Shown here piece after piece: positions 7,313 to 15,319 of a stretch of DNA of 39,561 nucleotides. The notes beneath the pieces were generated by a model, which searched no databases, was not told the DNA's origin, and saw only the letters and a list, made by a program, of their open reading frames with translations. Location: positions 1 to 39,561 of IMG/VR virus record IMGVR_UViG_3300032004_000032. One strand, 5' to 3'. The translations under genes were made by a program, and so were the position numbers. Numbering within the stretch: the stretch's first letter is position 1; the number at the start of each line of letters is the position of its first letter. Source of the DNA: a virus.

Positions 7313-8007
7313 AATCTGTCTCCAGCGTTGCCGCTCAAGCTCTGAGGCAGGTTCGCCACGGTGAGTTCATCGAGGCGAACGCCGAATTGGCGGTGCAGGC
7401 CCAGCAGGATCAAGAGCGTGAAACAGGAAAAGTCATCAACCAGCTTTTTCGTCAGTTGAGGTCGATACGCACGGCATGGCGCCAGGCGTGGCCGGACAAG
7501 AAATCCTACATGGAATCTAAGGCCACATGGCTGAAGGCGTTCATCGAAAACGGGATTTGCACCCAGGAGCAAATCGATATCGGTCTTATTCGGTGTCGGG
7601 CCGAGCCCTCCGACTTCATTCCGAGCGTGGGCAAGTTCATCCAAGGGTGCGTGCCTTCGCCAGAAATGCTCAATCCGCCGCTGCCGAGCGTGGAGGCTGC
7701 CTACAAACAAGCACTGCGCAACTGCCATCCGACAATGCACGGGGTTGCTAAGTGGTATCACCCCGCCGTTTACCACGCCACTGCGGCCGCCGGATTTAAC
7801 AGTCTGCCGCTACTCAGTCGTGAATTGGGGCTGATCAGTTTCGAAAAGCGTTATCTGGAACAGGTCCGAAAGGTCTGGATGGGTGAGGTGTTGGGTGCTG
7901 TGCCTGTTGCTGAACTCGCACCTCCTTCGACGCGCACGCCAGAAATTGGAAACCAGGCTTTGGCCGATCTGCGGGCATTGCGAGCCAAAGGAGGTGCCCG
8001 TGGCTGA
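7309..8007 (+). CDS. Replication protein P-like (helicase-loader family)
   Basis: Follows the O-like gene with an ATGA overlap. W..AWP...W...I..G...IPSVGKFIQGC resembles the lambda P family. Confidence 0.6.
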   Translation: MKSVSSVAAQALRQVRHGEFIEANAELAVQAQQDQERETGKVINQLFRQLRSIRTAWRQAWPDKKSYMESKATWLKAFIENGICTQEQIDIGLIRCRAEPSDFIPSVGKFIQGCVPSPEMLNPPLPSVEAAYKQALRNCHPTMHGVAKWYHPAVYHATAAAGFNSLPLLSRELGLISFEKRYLEQVRKVWMGEVLGAVPVAELAPPSTRTPEIGNQALADLRALRAKGGARG

Positions 8008-8209
8008 TTCCCGTCTCGCTACCACGGACCCAGCGGATTATCGCTATGCGGTGCACTGCTGCGGCTACAAATGGGAGCTCTCCGACAAACCCGATCGCGC
8101 CGTGGCGCTGTTCGAACACTCGAGCGCCGCGCTGAAGTTCGGGCGGCTGATGTGGCCATCGACCTATGAGGTGATCGATCGCATCACCGGGGAGCAGGTA
8201 TGCGCGTGA
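8000..8209 (+). CDS. Hypothetical 69-aa protein
   Basis: GTG 8000 is 5 nt after AAGGAGG. Confidence 0.5.
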   Translation: MADSRLATTDPADYRYAVHCCGYKWELSDKPDRAVALFEHSSAALKFGRLMWPSTYEVIDRITGEQVCA

Positions 8210-8502
8210 CCTCGAAGAAACTGCGTGCTTCGGCGAACGGCCAGGATTGCACCGTGCGTATGCCGGGCGTTTGCAACCACAACCCAGAAACCACCGTCCT
8301 GGCGCATCTGCCGTGTGGACAGAAGGGCATGGGGATGAAGGGCTTCGACACCGTCGCGGTCTACGCCTGCAGCGCTTGCCACGATGTAATCGACGGCCGG
8401 GCCGCCGGCGCCGTTGAGTGGGCGGACATGCCCCGCGCCATTGCCGAAACCCACGAAGCGCTGATCAGCGCCGGGATTCTGACCGTCAAGGGGGCAGCAT
8501 GA
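8200..8502 (+). CDS. YbcO/DUF1364-like putative nuclease
   Basis: CTVRMPGVCNHNPETTVLAHLP...KG...ACSACHDVIDGR, Cys/His pattern of DUF1364. Confidence 0.6.
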   Translation: MRVTSKKLRASANGQDCTVRMPGVCNHNPETTVLAHLPCGQKGMGMKGFDTVAVYACSACHDVIDGRAAGAVEWADMPRAIAETHEALISAGILTVKGAA

Positions 8503-8915
8503 AGGCGTTTGGGTTGAAGCCAAAGCGCGCCAAGGCCATCGACCGCGAAGGCCTGGAGCAGGCCGCGCTGCTGAAGGAGGTCACCCTGCGTTACCCGGCG
8601 GCCGCGAAGCTGATCTACCACGTCCCGAACGGTGGGCACCGGCACAAGCTGGTGGCGATCAAACTGAAAGAGCAGGGCGTCAAGGCAGGCGTTCCGGACC
8701 TGGTCCTGCCCATGGCCCGCGGCGGGTATTTCGGGCTGTACATCGAATTCAAGGCCATGCCGCCGTTTGACGCCTCCGTCTCGGCCAGCCAGGACGCATA
8801 CATCCAAGCGCTGACCGAGCAAGGCTATCTCGCGATCGTCTGCCGCGGGCACATCGATGCGCTCGAAGCGATCCGGGCCTATCTACTTCAACCACCGACG
8901 AGGGTTGCGGCATGA
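8499..8915 (+). CDS. VRR-NUC domain nuclease
   Basis: HVPNGGHR...KLKEQGVKAGVPDLVLP...GLYIEFK, the PD-(D/E)xK VRR-NUC pattern; ATGA coupling at both ends. Confidence 0.7.
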   Translation: MKAFGLKPKRAKAIDREGLEQAALLKEVTLRYPAAAKLIYHVPNGGHRHKLVAIKLKEQGVKAGVPDLVLPMARGGYFGLYIEFKAMPPFDASVSASQDAYIQALTEQGYLAIVCRGHIDALEAIRAYLLQPPTRVAA

Positions 8916-10210
8916 GCAAGACCCGCGCAGTGAAGTTCAGCGATGCCGAGATCCGCCGCCAGGCTGCCGACCCGGCCGTGCATGACCTGCGCGACCCCCG
9001 TCACCCGGGCCTGTATCTGCGCTTCGGCCAGGACCGGCAACGGGGTTCCTGGTACCTGGTCAAGGGCAAGGCGTGGAAACAGATCGCACGGTTTCCTGAT
9101 TTGGGTGCGGCGGCGGTGTTGGCCGAGCTGCCCGCGTTGCGTCAGCGCCTGCTGCACGATCCATCGGCGACCGCTGCCCTGGGCGGCCTGTCCACTGTTG
9201 GCCAGTTGCTGGACTGGTACGGCGACCGAATGGCGCGCGATCGCTCGCTGTCGGCCAAGCGCAAGACCGGCGCTAAGTCGGCCATTGCCTGCCACCTGCG
9301 GCCGCGCCTGGCCAGCTTGCCCATCCGTGAAGTCTCGGCTCCGGTGCTGGACAAGCTGCTGATGTGGCCTGCTCAGGAGGTGCTGTCGCTGTCCTACGTG
9401 CGTCAGCTCTTCGGCCTGCTGGTGGTCGCGTTCCGCCAGGCGCACAAGTTGGGCCTGATCGACAGCAACCCGGTGGCCGGGCTGAAGTTCGTGGACTTCA
9501 CCAAGGCCAAGATCATGCCCAAGGCAGCCCGCCTGCGTGGTGTCCACCTGGTGGAGCTGGTACCGGCCCTGGCCGAACGATTCGAGGAGCAACCCGCCGA
9601 GGCGATGCTCGCGCTGATGATGCTGTGCCACGGGACCCGCGTTGGTGAGACTCGTATGGCGCGCTGGCCTGATATCTCCCTGGCCGATGGCGAGTGGTTC
9701 CTGCCGGCTGAGCACACCAAGACCCGCACCGAGCATCGCCTGCCACTGACGGCCCAGGCCAAGGCCCTGTTGACCCGGTACCGAGCCACCCAGATCGCCA
9801 CGGGCTATGAGGGCATCTATCTGTTCCCTTCGCGCCGTGGTCGGTCGCTGAGTGAGGGCCAGGCCAGTGCCGTGTTCACGCGTCTTGGCCAGGGTGAATG
9901 GACCAGCCACGACCTCCGCAAGGTGGCGCGCACCGCCTGGACAGACCTCGGGATCGACGGCCACATCGGCGAGATGCTGCTCAACCACTCGCTGGGCAAG
10001 ATCGCCTCGACCTACATCAACACCCAGGCCCGAGAGCAGCGGTTGAAGGCGCTGGAGAAGTGGCATGGTTGGTTAGATGAACGTGGCTTTCAGGCGATTC
10101 ACAACCTGACAGGCGCCCAATTTGAAGATTCGCATAACCCCGCGCAGGCCAGTAACGGCGCGGGCTGCACGGCTATTCCTGACATTGTTAATGGCGAGGT
10201 TTCAAGATGA
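8912..10210 (+). CDS. Second tyrosine recombinase, P4-type integrase (DUF4102-like N-terminus), apparently intact
   Basis: N-terminal LRDPRHPGLYLRFG...GSWYL. Catalytic-looking TRVGE (R), HDLRK (HxxR) and LLNHSLGKIASTY (H...Y). Start and stop both overlap neighbouring genes by ATGA. Confidence 0.8.
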   Translation: MSKTRAVKFSDAEIRRQAADPAVHDLRDPRHPGLYLRFGQDRQRGSWYLVKGKAWKQIARFPDLGAAAVLAELPALRQRLLHDPSATAALGGLSTVGQLLDWYGDRMARDRSLSAKRKTGAKSAIACHLRPRLASLPIREVSAPVLDKLLMWPAQEVLSLSYVRQLFGLLVVAFRQAHKLGLIDSNPVAGLKFVDFTKAKIMPKAARLRGVHLVELVPALAERFEEQPAEAMLALMMLCHGTRVGETRMARWPDISLADGEWFLPAEHTKTRTEHRLPLTAQAKALLTRYRATQIATGYEGIYLFPSRRGRSLSEGQASAVFTRLGQGEWTSHDLRKVARTAWTDLGIDGHIGEMLLNHSLGKIASTYINTQAREQRLKALEKWHGWLDERGFQAIHNLTGAQFEDSHNPAQASNGAGCTAIPDIVNGEVSR

Positions 10211-10524
10211 TCAAAAAGCAGCATGGCCCCGCCTTCCGTCGGGAGAAAAGGCAGTTGATGGCGTGCGGTCTGTGCCGTGGGGCTGGGCTGATCGCTGGTG
10301 TGTTTCATGACTTGGACTGCGAAATCTGCGACGGCACCGGCTGGGTTTGCGCCGTAACTGGACACCCAATTCCGCTCGCCGATCTTGTTCGACAGCTCAA
10401 CCAACGACTACGCGATGCAGTGGCTGATGCTGGACGGCTCCGCCATGAAGTGGGCGGCGCGCAGCAGCAGTATCTACAGAACAACCGCCGCGGCGCCGGC
10501 GGCACCAACTACACAGGGGATTAA
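10207..10524 (+). CDS. Small protein with two DnaJ-type CxxCxGxG zinc-finger repeats
   Basis: CGLCRGAG and CEICDGTG motifs. Confidence 0.55.
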   Translation: MIKKQHGPAFRREKRQLMACGLCRGAGLIAGVFHDLDCEICDGTGWVCAVTGHPIPLADLVRQLNQRLRDAVADAGRLRHEVGGAQQQYLQNNRRGAGGTNYTGD

Positions 10525-10527
10525 GCC

Positions 10528-10881
10528 ATGGCCTTCACACCTAGCTTTAAAGAACGCACCGCCGAAGATCTGCTGGAGCATTGGGGTCGCTGGGTCGTGC
10601 TGGGGTCAGGGGTGTCCTGCTGCGCATCCCGCGAAAATACGATCCTGTCTGCGATGATCACTGACGACGACGCCCTCCTGATTGATGGGTTGATGGGGAG
10701 ATTGCTCAAGCGGTACCCCGAATGTGGCCAAGTGCTGATGAAGTACTACACCAGCCGCGACACTTCACTGATGGAGGTGGGTAAGAAAATGAAGTTCGGC
10801 GAAGAGAAGACGCGCGGGCTTTGGAAGGCGGGTATTGCCTGGATTGATGGGGCTCTAGATATTCGTCGTCAGGCTGCTTGA
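10528..10881 (+). CDS. Q-like late-gene antiterminator
   Basis: Last gene before a strong promoter with tandem terminators. LLEHWGRW... resembles the phage antitermination Q family. Confidence 0.55.
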   Translation: MAFTPSFKERTAEDLLEHWGRWVVLGSGVSCCASRENTILSAMITDDDALLIDGLMGRLLKRYPECGQVLMKYYTSRDTSLMEVGKKMKFGEEKTRGLWKAGIAWIDGALDIRRQAA

Positions 10882-10906
10882 CAGGCCCGGGGCCAGTATA
10901 TAGATT
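10878..10906 (+). promoter_or_regulatory. PR'-like late promoter
   Basis: TTGACA-17 nt-TAGATT directly after the Q-like gene. Confidence 0.55.
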
Positions 10907-10934
10907 TCAGTTACTTTGCGGTTTTTCCGCGAGC

Positions 10935-10969
10935 AAAGCCCGACTCTGAAGTTGGGCTTTTTGCTTTCT
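10935..10969 (+). terminator. Intrinsic terminator 1 downstream of the late promoter
   Basis: aaagcccgac-tctgaa-gttgggcttt followed by ttgctttct. Confidence 0.65.
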
Positions 10970-10980
10970 ATCCTTTACAG

Positions 10981-11013
10981 AGCCTCGGCATTTGCCGGGG
11001 CTTTTTCGTTTTC
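10981..11013 (+). terminator. Intrinsic terminator 2 (tandem)
   Basis: agcctcggc-attt-gccggggct followed by ttttcgttttc. Confidence 0.65.
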
Positions 11014-11093
11014 GGCTCCACCACACCCATTGCTTCAAGCTGGGAGTGCTGTTGGAGCCGAACCAACACGGTCATGCAGTCGGAGTCGAGCGC

Positions 11094-11423
11094 ATGGATC
11101 TTCTGCATCGCGTGTTCGACAAAGCTGAATGGCTTTTGGCGGGCTTGATTGGCGCTATCGTCGCAAGCTGGTGGCACAAGGACGACCTCACCGATTGGCG
11201 TGCCTGGGCAATATTTTTGGTCACTGGTGTGGCCTGCTCGCTGTATCTGACCGGAATGGTCAGCGCATACCTCGGTGTAACTGAACCGAGCATCGTCGCC
11301 GGCATCGGTTTTCTCCTTGGAACTTTCGGCGGCTCTCTTCTGGCGGCAATTAATCGCGCCATCAAGGCCGCGGACCTTTGGGCGCTCATCCGTCAGCGGT
11401 TCGGCGGGGGTAATCCACCATGA
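11094..11423 (+). CDS. Putative holin (109 aa, about 3 TM helices)
   Basis: First late gene; ATG 11094 with GGAG upstream; three hydrophobic segments. Confidence 0.55.
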   Translation: MDLLHRVFDKAEWLLAGLIGAIVASWWHKDDLTDWRAWAIFLVTGVACSLYLTGMVSAYLGVTEPSIVAGIGFLLGTFGGSLLAAINRAIKAADLWALIRQRFGGGNPP

Positions 11424-11764
11424 ACTACGAGCTGATCAACTCCATTGCGTGTGGCCTTATCGCGCTATGGGCAACATGGTGCGTGCTGAGTGGTCGCGTT
11501 CGTGACGGCATTATAGGCAAGCTGATCTATTCGGCGATCGCCATCAGTGGATTTGTCGTGATGGCTCGCGACCAGACGCTTTTCTTCGGCCCGACCAATG
11601 CTGGACTGACGCTGCATGCGTCTCTGGCCTTGGCTGGCGTCCGACACATCTTCATGGTCACCTGGTGGCTCACGGTAAAAGCCTGGCTGTGTTGCGCTCT
11701 CAATTGCGAGCACTGCATGGGCTGCGATAAGAGCCATGCGCCTGATGATCGACCCAAAGGCTGA
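11420..11764 (+). CDS. Membrane protein (114 aa, 3-4 TM) with a Cys-rich C-terminus; possible second holin or lysis regulator
   Basis: ATGA coupling to the holin candidate; C-terminal CCALNCEHCMGC. Confidence 0.5.
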   Translation: MNYELINSIACGLIALWATWCVLSGRVRDGIIGKLIYSAIAISGFVVMARDQTLFFGPTNAGLTLHASLALAGVRHIFMVTWWLTVKAWLCCALNCEHCMGCDKSHAPDDRPKG

Positions 11765-11779
11765 TCGGCGAGGTTGGGC

Positions 11780-12523
11780 ATGGTAGGTATCAGTGCCAGC
11801 ACCACGGTGGAAGAGCTGTCAAAGGCGCTCCGTACATTGGGCGCCAAGCAGTTGCCTTTCGCATTCGCGCTGATGGCCACCCGGCTGGCTGTGTTGGTGA
11901 AGAAAGGCGAGCTATCGGTAATGCGGCAGCGCCTGGACCAGCCGACCAACACCACCATGAACAGCCTTTATGTGCAGGTCGCCAAGAAGGAAAAGCCCGA
12001 GGCGCGGACCTTTTTCAAGGATGCGTGGACCTCCGGCGTTCCCGCTGACACCTACCTTCAGCAGGCAGTGAAGGGTGGTCGCCGTCCACATAAGCGCTTC
12101 GAGAAAGCCTTGATCGCGAAAGGCCTCATGCAGCCAGGGCAGTATGCAATCCCGGCACCATCAGCACTCAACCAATTCGGCAACGTACCACGCGGCACGA
12201 TCATGAAGATCCTGTCAGGCCTGGGTGCTGCCGAGACAGTCAGTGGTGTGCAGGCGAATGCCACAGGCAGCAAACGCAGTAAGCGCAAGGGCAACGCTGA
12301 CAAGTATTTTGCCGGCAATGTCGATGGCACACAGGGTATCTGGGAGAAGAGGAAGACAGCCTTCGGTGATGCCGTCCGACCTGTCTTTGTCTTCAGTGAT
12401 AGCGAGCCTGGGTATCGAGTGATCATTCCGTTCTACAAGATCGCGGACAACATCGTGAAGGCGAACCGAGAGCGAGAGTTCGCAAGCGCGATGGATCAGG
12501 CGCTGTCGTCAGCCCGGGGCTGA
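11780..12523 (+). CDS. Hypothetical late protein (247 aa)
   Basis: ATG 11780 is 6 nt after GAGG (the track start at 11774 is TTG). Confidence 0.55.
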   Translation: MVGISASTTVEELSKALRTLGAKQLPFAFALMATRLAVLVKKGELSVMRQRLDQPTNTTMNSLYVQVAKKEKPEARTFFKDAWTSGVPADTYLQQAVKGGRRPHKRFEKALIAKGLMQPGQYAIPAPSALNQFGNVPRGTIMKILSGLGAAETVSGVQANATGSKRSKRKGNADKYFAGNVDGTQGIWEKRKTAFGDAVRPVFVFSDSEPGYRVIIPFYKIADNIVKANREREFASAMDQALSSARG

Positions 12524-12651
12524 CGGGCAGGGCAGGGGGGGCTACCCCCCCCCTTTGGGTCCTTCCCAGGCCCCCAGCCCCATGCGGGTAATTCGGGCCC
12601 CGCCCATCAAATATGTATGACCTTTTTTCAGGGGTTGGTTGTTGTTTAATC
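12524..12651. other. Candidate cos region upstream of the small terminase gene
   Basis: Non-coding. G7-cta-C9 dyad at 12535-12553 plus further G/C runs; adjacent to Nu1-like and gpA-like genes. Confidence 0.35.
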
Positions 12652-13197
12652 ATGGCCAAAAACGAAACAACCAAACAGCGCGGGTGGTTGAACAAATCCG
12701 AGATGGCTTCGAGCCTAGGGATTTCCCCGCAAGCCTTTGACAAATGGGGGGTTGCGCCTGTCGCACGCATTGGTCGAGAGGCGTTCTATACCGTGCAGAA
12801 CGTGGTCGAAAACCGCGTTGAACACTCGCAACGGAAACAACAACCCGCAGGTGAGGGAACCGAAGGCGTCGATCCGATGATCGAGTACAAGCTGCTCGAA
12901 GAACGTCGAGGTCTTACCGCCGCCCAGCGCATCGCCCAGGAGAAGAAGAACCTGGTGCTGGACAAGCAGTTGGTCCCGGTCCCTTTCGCCACATTTGCCC
13001 TTGCCAAAATCGCCGCACAGATCGGCTCGAAACTGGACACCGTCGGAAAGACCGTCACCCGTCGTCACCCTGAGGTTGACCCTCGAATCATCGAGTCGGT
13101 GGAGCGGGAGATCGCGCTCGCTCGAAATATTGCCGCCAGCTTTGGTGAGCAACTTCCGGAATTATTAGATGAGTACGTTGAGTCCATGGCTGAATGA
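12652..13197 (+). CDS. terS: Terminase small subunit (Nu1-like)
   Basis: N-terminal wHTH WLNKSEMASSLGISPQAFDKWG; position immediately upstream of the gpA-like gene. Confidence 0.7.
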   Translation: MAKNETTKQRGWLNKSEMASSLGISPQAFDKWGVAPVARIGREAFYTVQNVVENRVEHSQRKQQPAGEGTEGVDPMIEYKLLEERRGLTAAQRIAQEKKNLVLDKQLVPVPFATFALAKIAAQIGSKLDTVGKTVTRRHPEVDPRIIESVEREIALARNIAASFGEQLPELLDEYVESMAE

Positions 13198-15115
13198 TCT
13201 GCGCAAGTCGATCAAGCTTGGACTCCAGGCGCTCTACAAAGAGCCACCGCAAACCGCCGTCGAATGGGCGGACGCAAATTTCTACATGTCCGCCGAGTCT
13301 TCCTACAACGAGGGCAAGTGGACGACCGAGCCGTTTCAGGTTGCGATCCTGAACAGCATGGGCAACGACCTGATCAACGTCGTCAACTTCATCAAGTCGG
13401 CGCGGATCGGTTACACCAAGCTGTTGATGGCGAACATCGGCTACAAGATCCAGCACAAGCGCCGCAACGTCATGATGTGGAGCCCGACTGACCCGGACGC
13501 CGAGGACATCAGCAAGAGCCACGTCAACGGCATGATCCGTGACGTGCCGGTGCTGGGCGACTTGGCTCCCTGGTTCGGGCGCAAGCACAGCGACAACACG
13601 CTCGACCAGAAGATCTTCGCCAACCGGCGCACGCTGTGGATCCGGGGCGGCAAGGCCTCGCGCAACTATCGTGAGAAATCCGCTGACGAGGTGATCTACG
13701 ACGAGCTGTCGAACTTTGACGAAAGCGTTGAAGGCGAGGGCGCGCCGATTACCCTGGGCGACAAGCGACTCAACGGTGCGATCTATCCGAAGTCAATTCG
13801 CGGCTCAACACCGAAGCGAGCTGGCTCCTGCCAGATCACCAAGGCCGTCGAAGAATCGCCATACCTGCTCAAGTTTCACATCAACTGCCCGCACTGTCGG
13901 CAGGAGCAGACGCTGAAGTGGGGCGGAAAGGATTGTGAGTTCGGGCTGAAGTGGGAGAAGAACTCGCTCGGTGAAGCCGAGAAAGCCTGGTACGTGTGTG
14001 AGCATGCAGCCTGCGTGATCTGGCACAACGAAATGGTCGAGGCGTCAAAGTCCGGTCGGTGGATTTGCGAGCACACCGGTATATGGACGCGCGACGGCAT
14101 GGACTGGTTTGGCGTCGATGACGAAATCATCCGCACGCCTCGCTCGGTCAGCTTCAGCATCTGGGCGATCTACAGTACTTGGAGCACGTGGCTCAGCCTG
14201 GCTGAAGAATGGTTGAAGGTGAAAGGCGACGTCTCGAAGCTGATCACATTCATCAACACCACGCGCGGCGAAACGTGGGACGACGATCAGGGCGAGAAGC
14301 TCGACTCGGAAGTTCTGTACGGCCGCCGCGAGGTTTATCCGCAGGTCCCGGCCCTTGGCCTGATCCTGGTCGGTGGCATCGATACGCAGGATGACCGTTT
14401 CGAGGGTCGCGTCTGGGCCTTCGGTCCTGGTGAGGAAGCCTGGCTGGTTCATCGCTTCATTCTAATGGGCGACCCGGCCAGCGAGGAATTGCGCCGCAAG
14501 GTTGGACTCGAATTGCACCGGCAGTTCACCCGCGTGGACGGCACCATTATGAAGGTGGAGCGCTGGACTTGGGACGCAGGCGGCCACTATGCGGACGAGG
14601 TCTATGCCGAGAGCCGCAAGCACGGCGTGCACTGGGTTGTTCCAATCCGTGGCGCGACCATTTACGGCAAGCCGATCGCGAACTTCCCGCGCACCAAGAA
14701 CAAGGTGCACAAGGTCTTCCTCACCGAGGTCGGCACCGACAACGCCAAAGAGCTGCTCTACAGCCGGATGGGGCTCCCCGTAGACACGGCTGCATCCCAG
14801 GCGGGCGTGTCACAGCCTGGGGTGGTTCACCTGCCGGCCAACGACGCGATCTGCGACGAATCGGAAGTGAAGCAACTCACTTCCGAAAAGAAGAAAGCAG
14901 CCATATCCAAAGGCAGGCGCGTGATGCGCTGGGACAGCGGCGGCCGTCGAAACGAGGCGCTCGACTGCTTCGTGTATGCGCTCGCTGCGTTGCGTATCTG
15001 CCAGCAACGGTTCGGGCTTGATCTCGATCTTCTGGTGACAGCGGTCACTGGCGGCAACGAACCGGACGCTGAAGAGCGGCCGCGCAAGAAATCCTCACAC
15101 TGGAATAAAAACTGA
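13169..15115 (+). CDS. terL: Terminase large subunit (lambda gpA family)
   Basis: 648 aa. N-terminus EWADANFYMSAESSYNEGKWTTEPFQVAILNSM... is typical of gpA. Confidence 0.85.
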   Translation: MSTLSPWLNDLRKSIKLGLQALYKEPPQTAVEWADANFYMSAESSYNEGKWTTEPFQVAILNSMGNDLINVVNFIKSARIGYTKLLMANIGYKIQHKRRNVMMWSPTDPDAEDISKSHVNGMIRDVPVLGDLAPWFGRKHSDNTLDQKIFANRRTLWIRGGKASRNYREKSADEVIYDELSNFDESVEGEGAPITLGDKRLNGAIYPKSIRGSTPKRAGSCQITKAVEESPYLLKFHINCPHCRQEQTLKWGGKDCEFGLKWEKNSLGEAEKAWYVCEHAACVIWHNEMVEASKSGRWICEHTGIWTRDGMDWFGVDDEIIRTPRSVSFSIWAIYSTWSTWLSLAEEWLKVKGDVSKLITFINTTRGETWDDDQGEKLDSEVLYGRREVYPQVPALGLILVGGIDTQDDRFEGRVWAFGPGEEAWLVHRFILMGDPASEELRRKVGLELHRQFTRVDGTIMKVERWTWDAGGHYADEVYAESRKHGVHWVVPIRGATIYGKPIANFPRTKNKVHKVFLTEVGTDNAKELLYSRMGLPVDTAASQAGVSQPGVVHLPANDAICDESEVKQLTSEKKKAAISKGRRVMRWDSGGRRNEALDCFVYALAALRICQQRFGLDLDLLVTAVTGGNEPDAEERPRKKSSHWNKN

Positions 15116-15318
15116 TGGCCTACACGATCGAGCAATACAGCGCCCTGCAGGCGGCCATCGCCGAAGGGGCGTTGTCGGTCCGCTATGGCGACAAGAGCGT
15201 CACCTACCGGTCACTCGACGAGATGATGCGGATCCTCAAGCTGATGGCGACCGAGCTTGGACTGAATGCCTGCAACGAAGGCGGCCGCCGGTACGCTTCA
15301 TTTTCGAAGGGGTACTGA
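15115..15318 (+). CDS. Head-tail joining protein gpW-like
   Basis: 67 aa between terminase and portal; EQYSALQAAIAEGALSVRYGDKSVTYRSLDEMMRI matches the gpW pattern. Confidence 0.7.
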   Translation: MAYTIEQYSALQAAIAEGALSVRYGDKSVTYRSLDEMMRILKLMATELGLNACNEGGRRYASFSKGY

Positions 15319-15319
15319 C

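Noticed and set aside
8888-10066. 392-aa ORF antisense to the second integrase
   Set aside because: The sense frame has integrase catalytic motifs. The antisense translation is low complexity (Q/R/G/L-rich).
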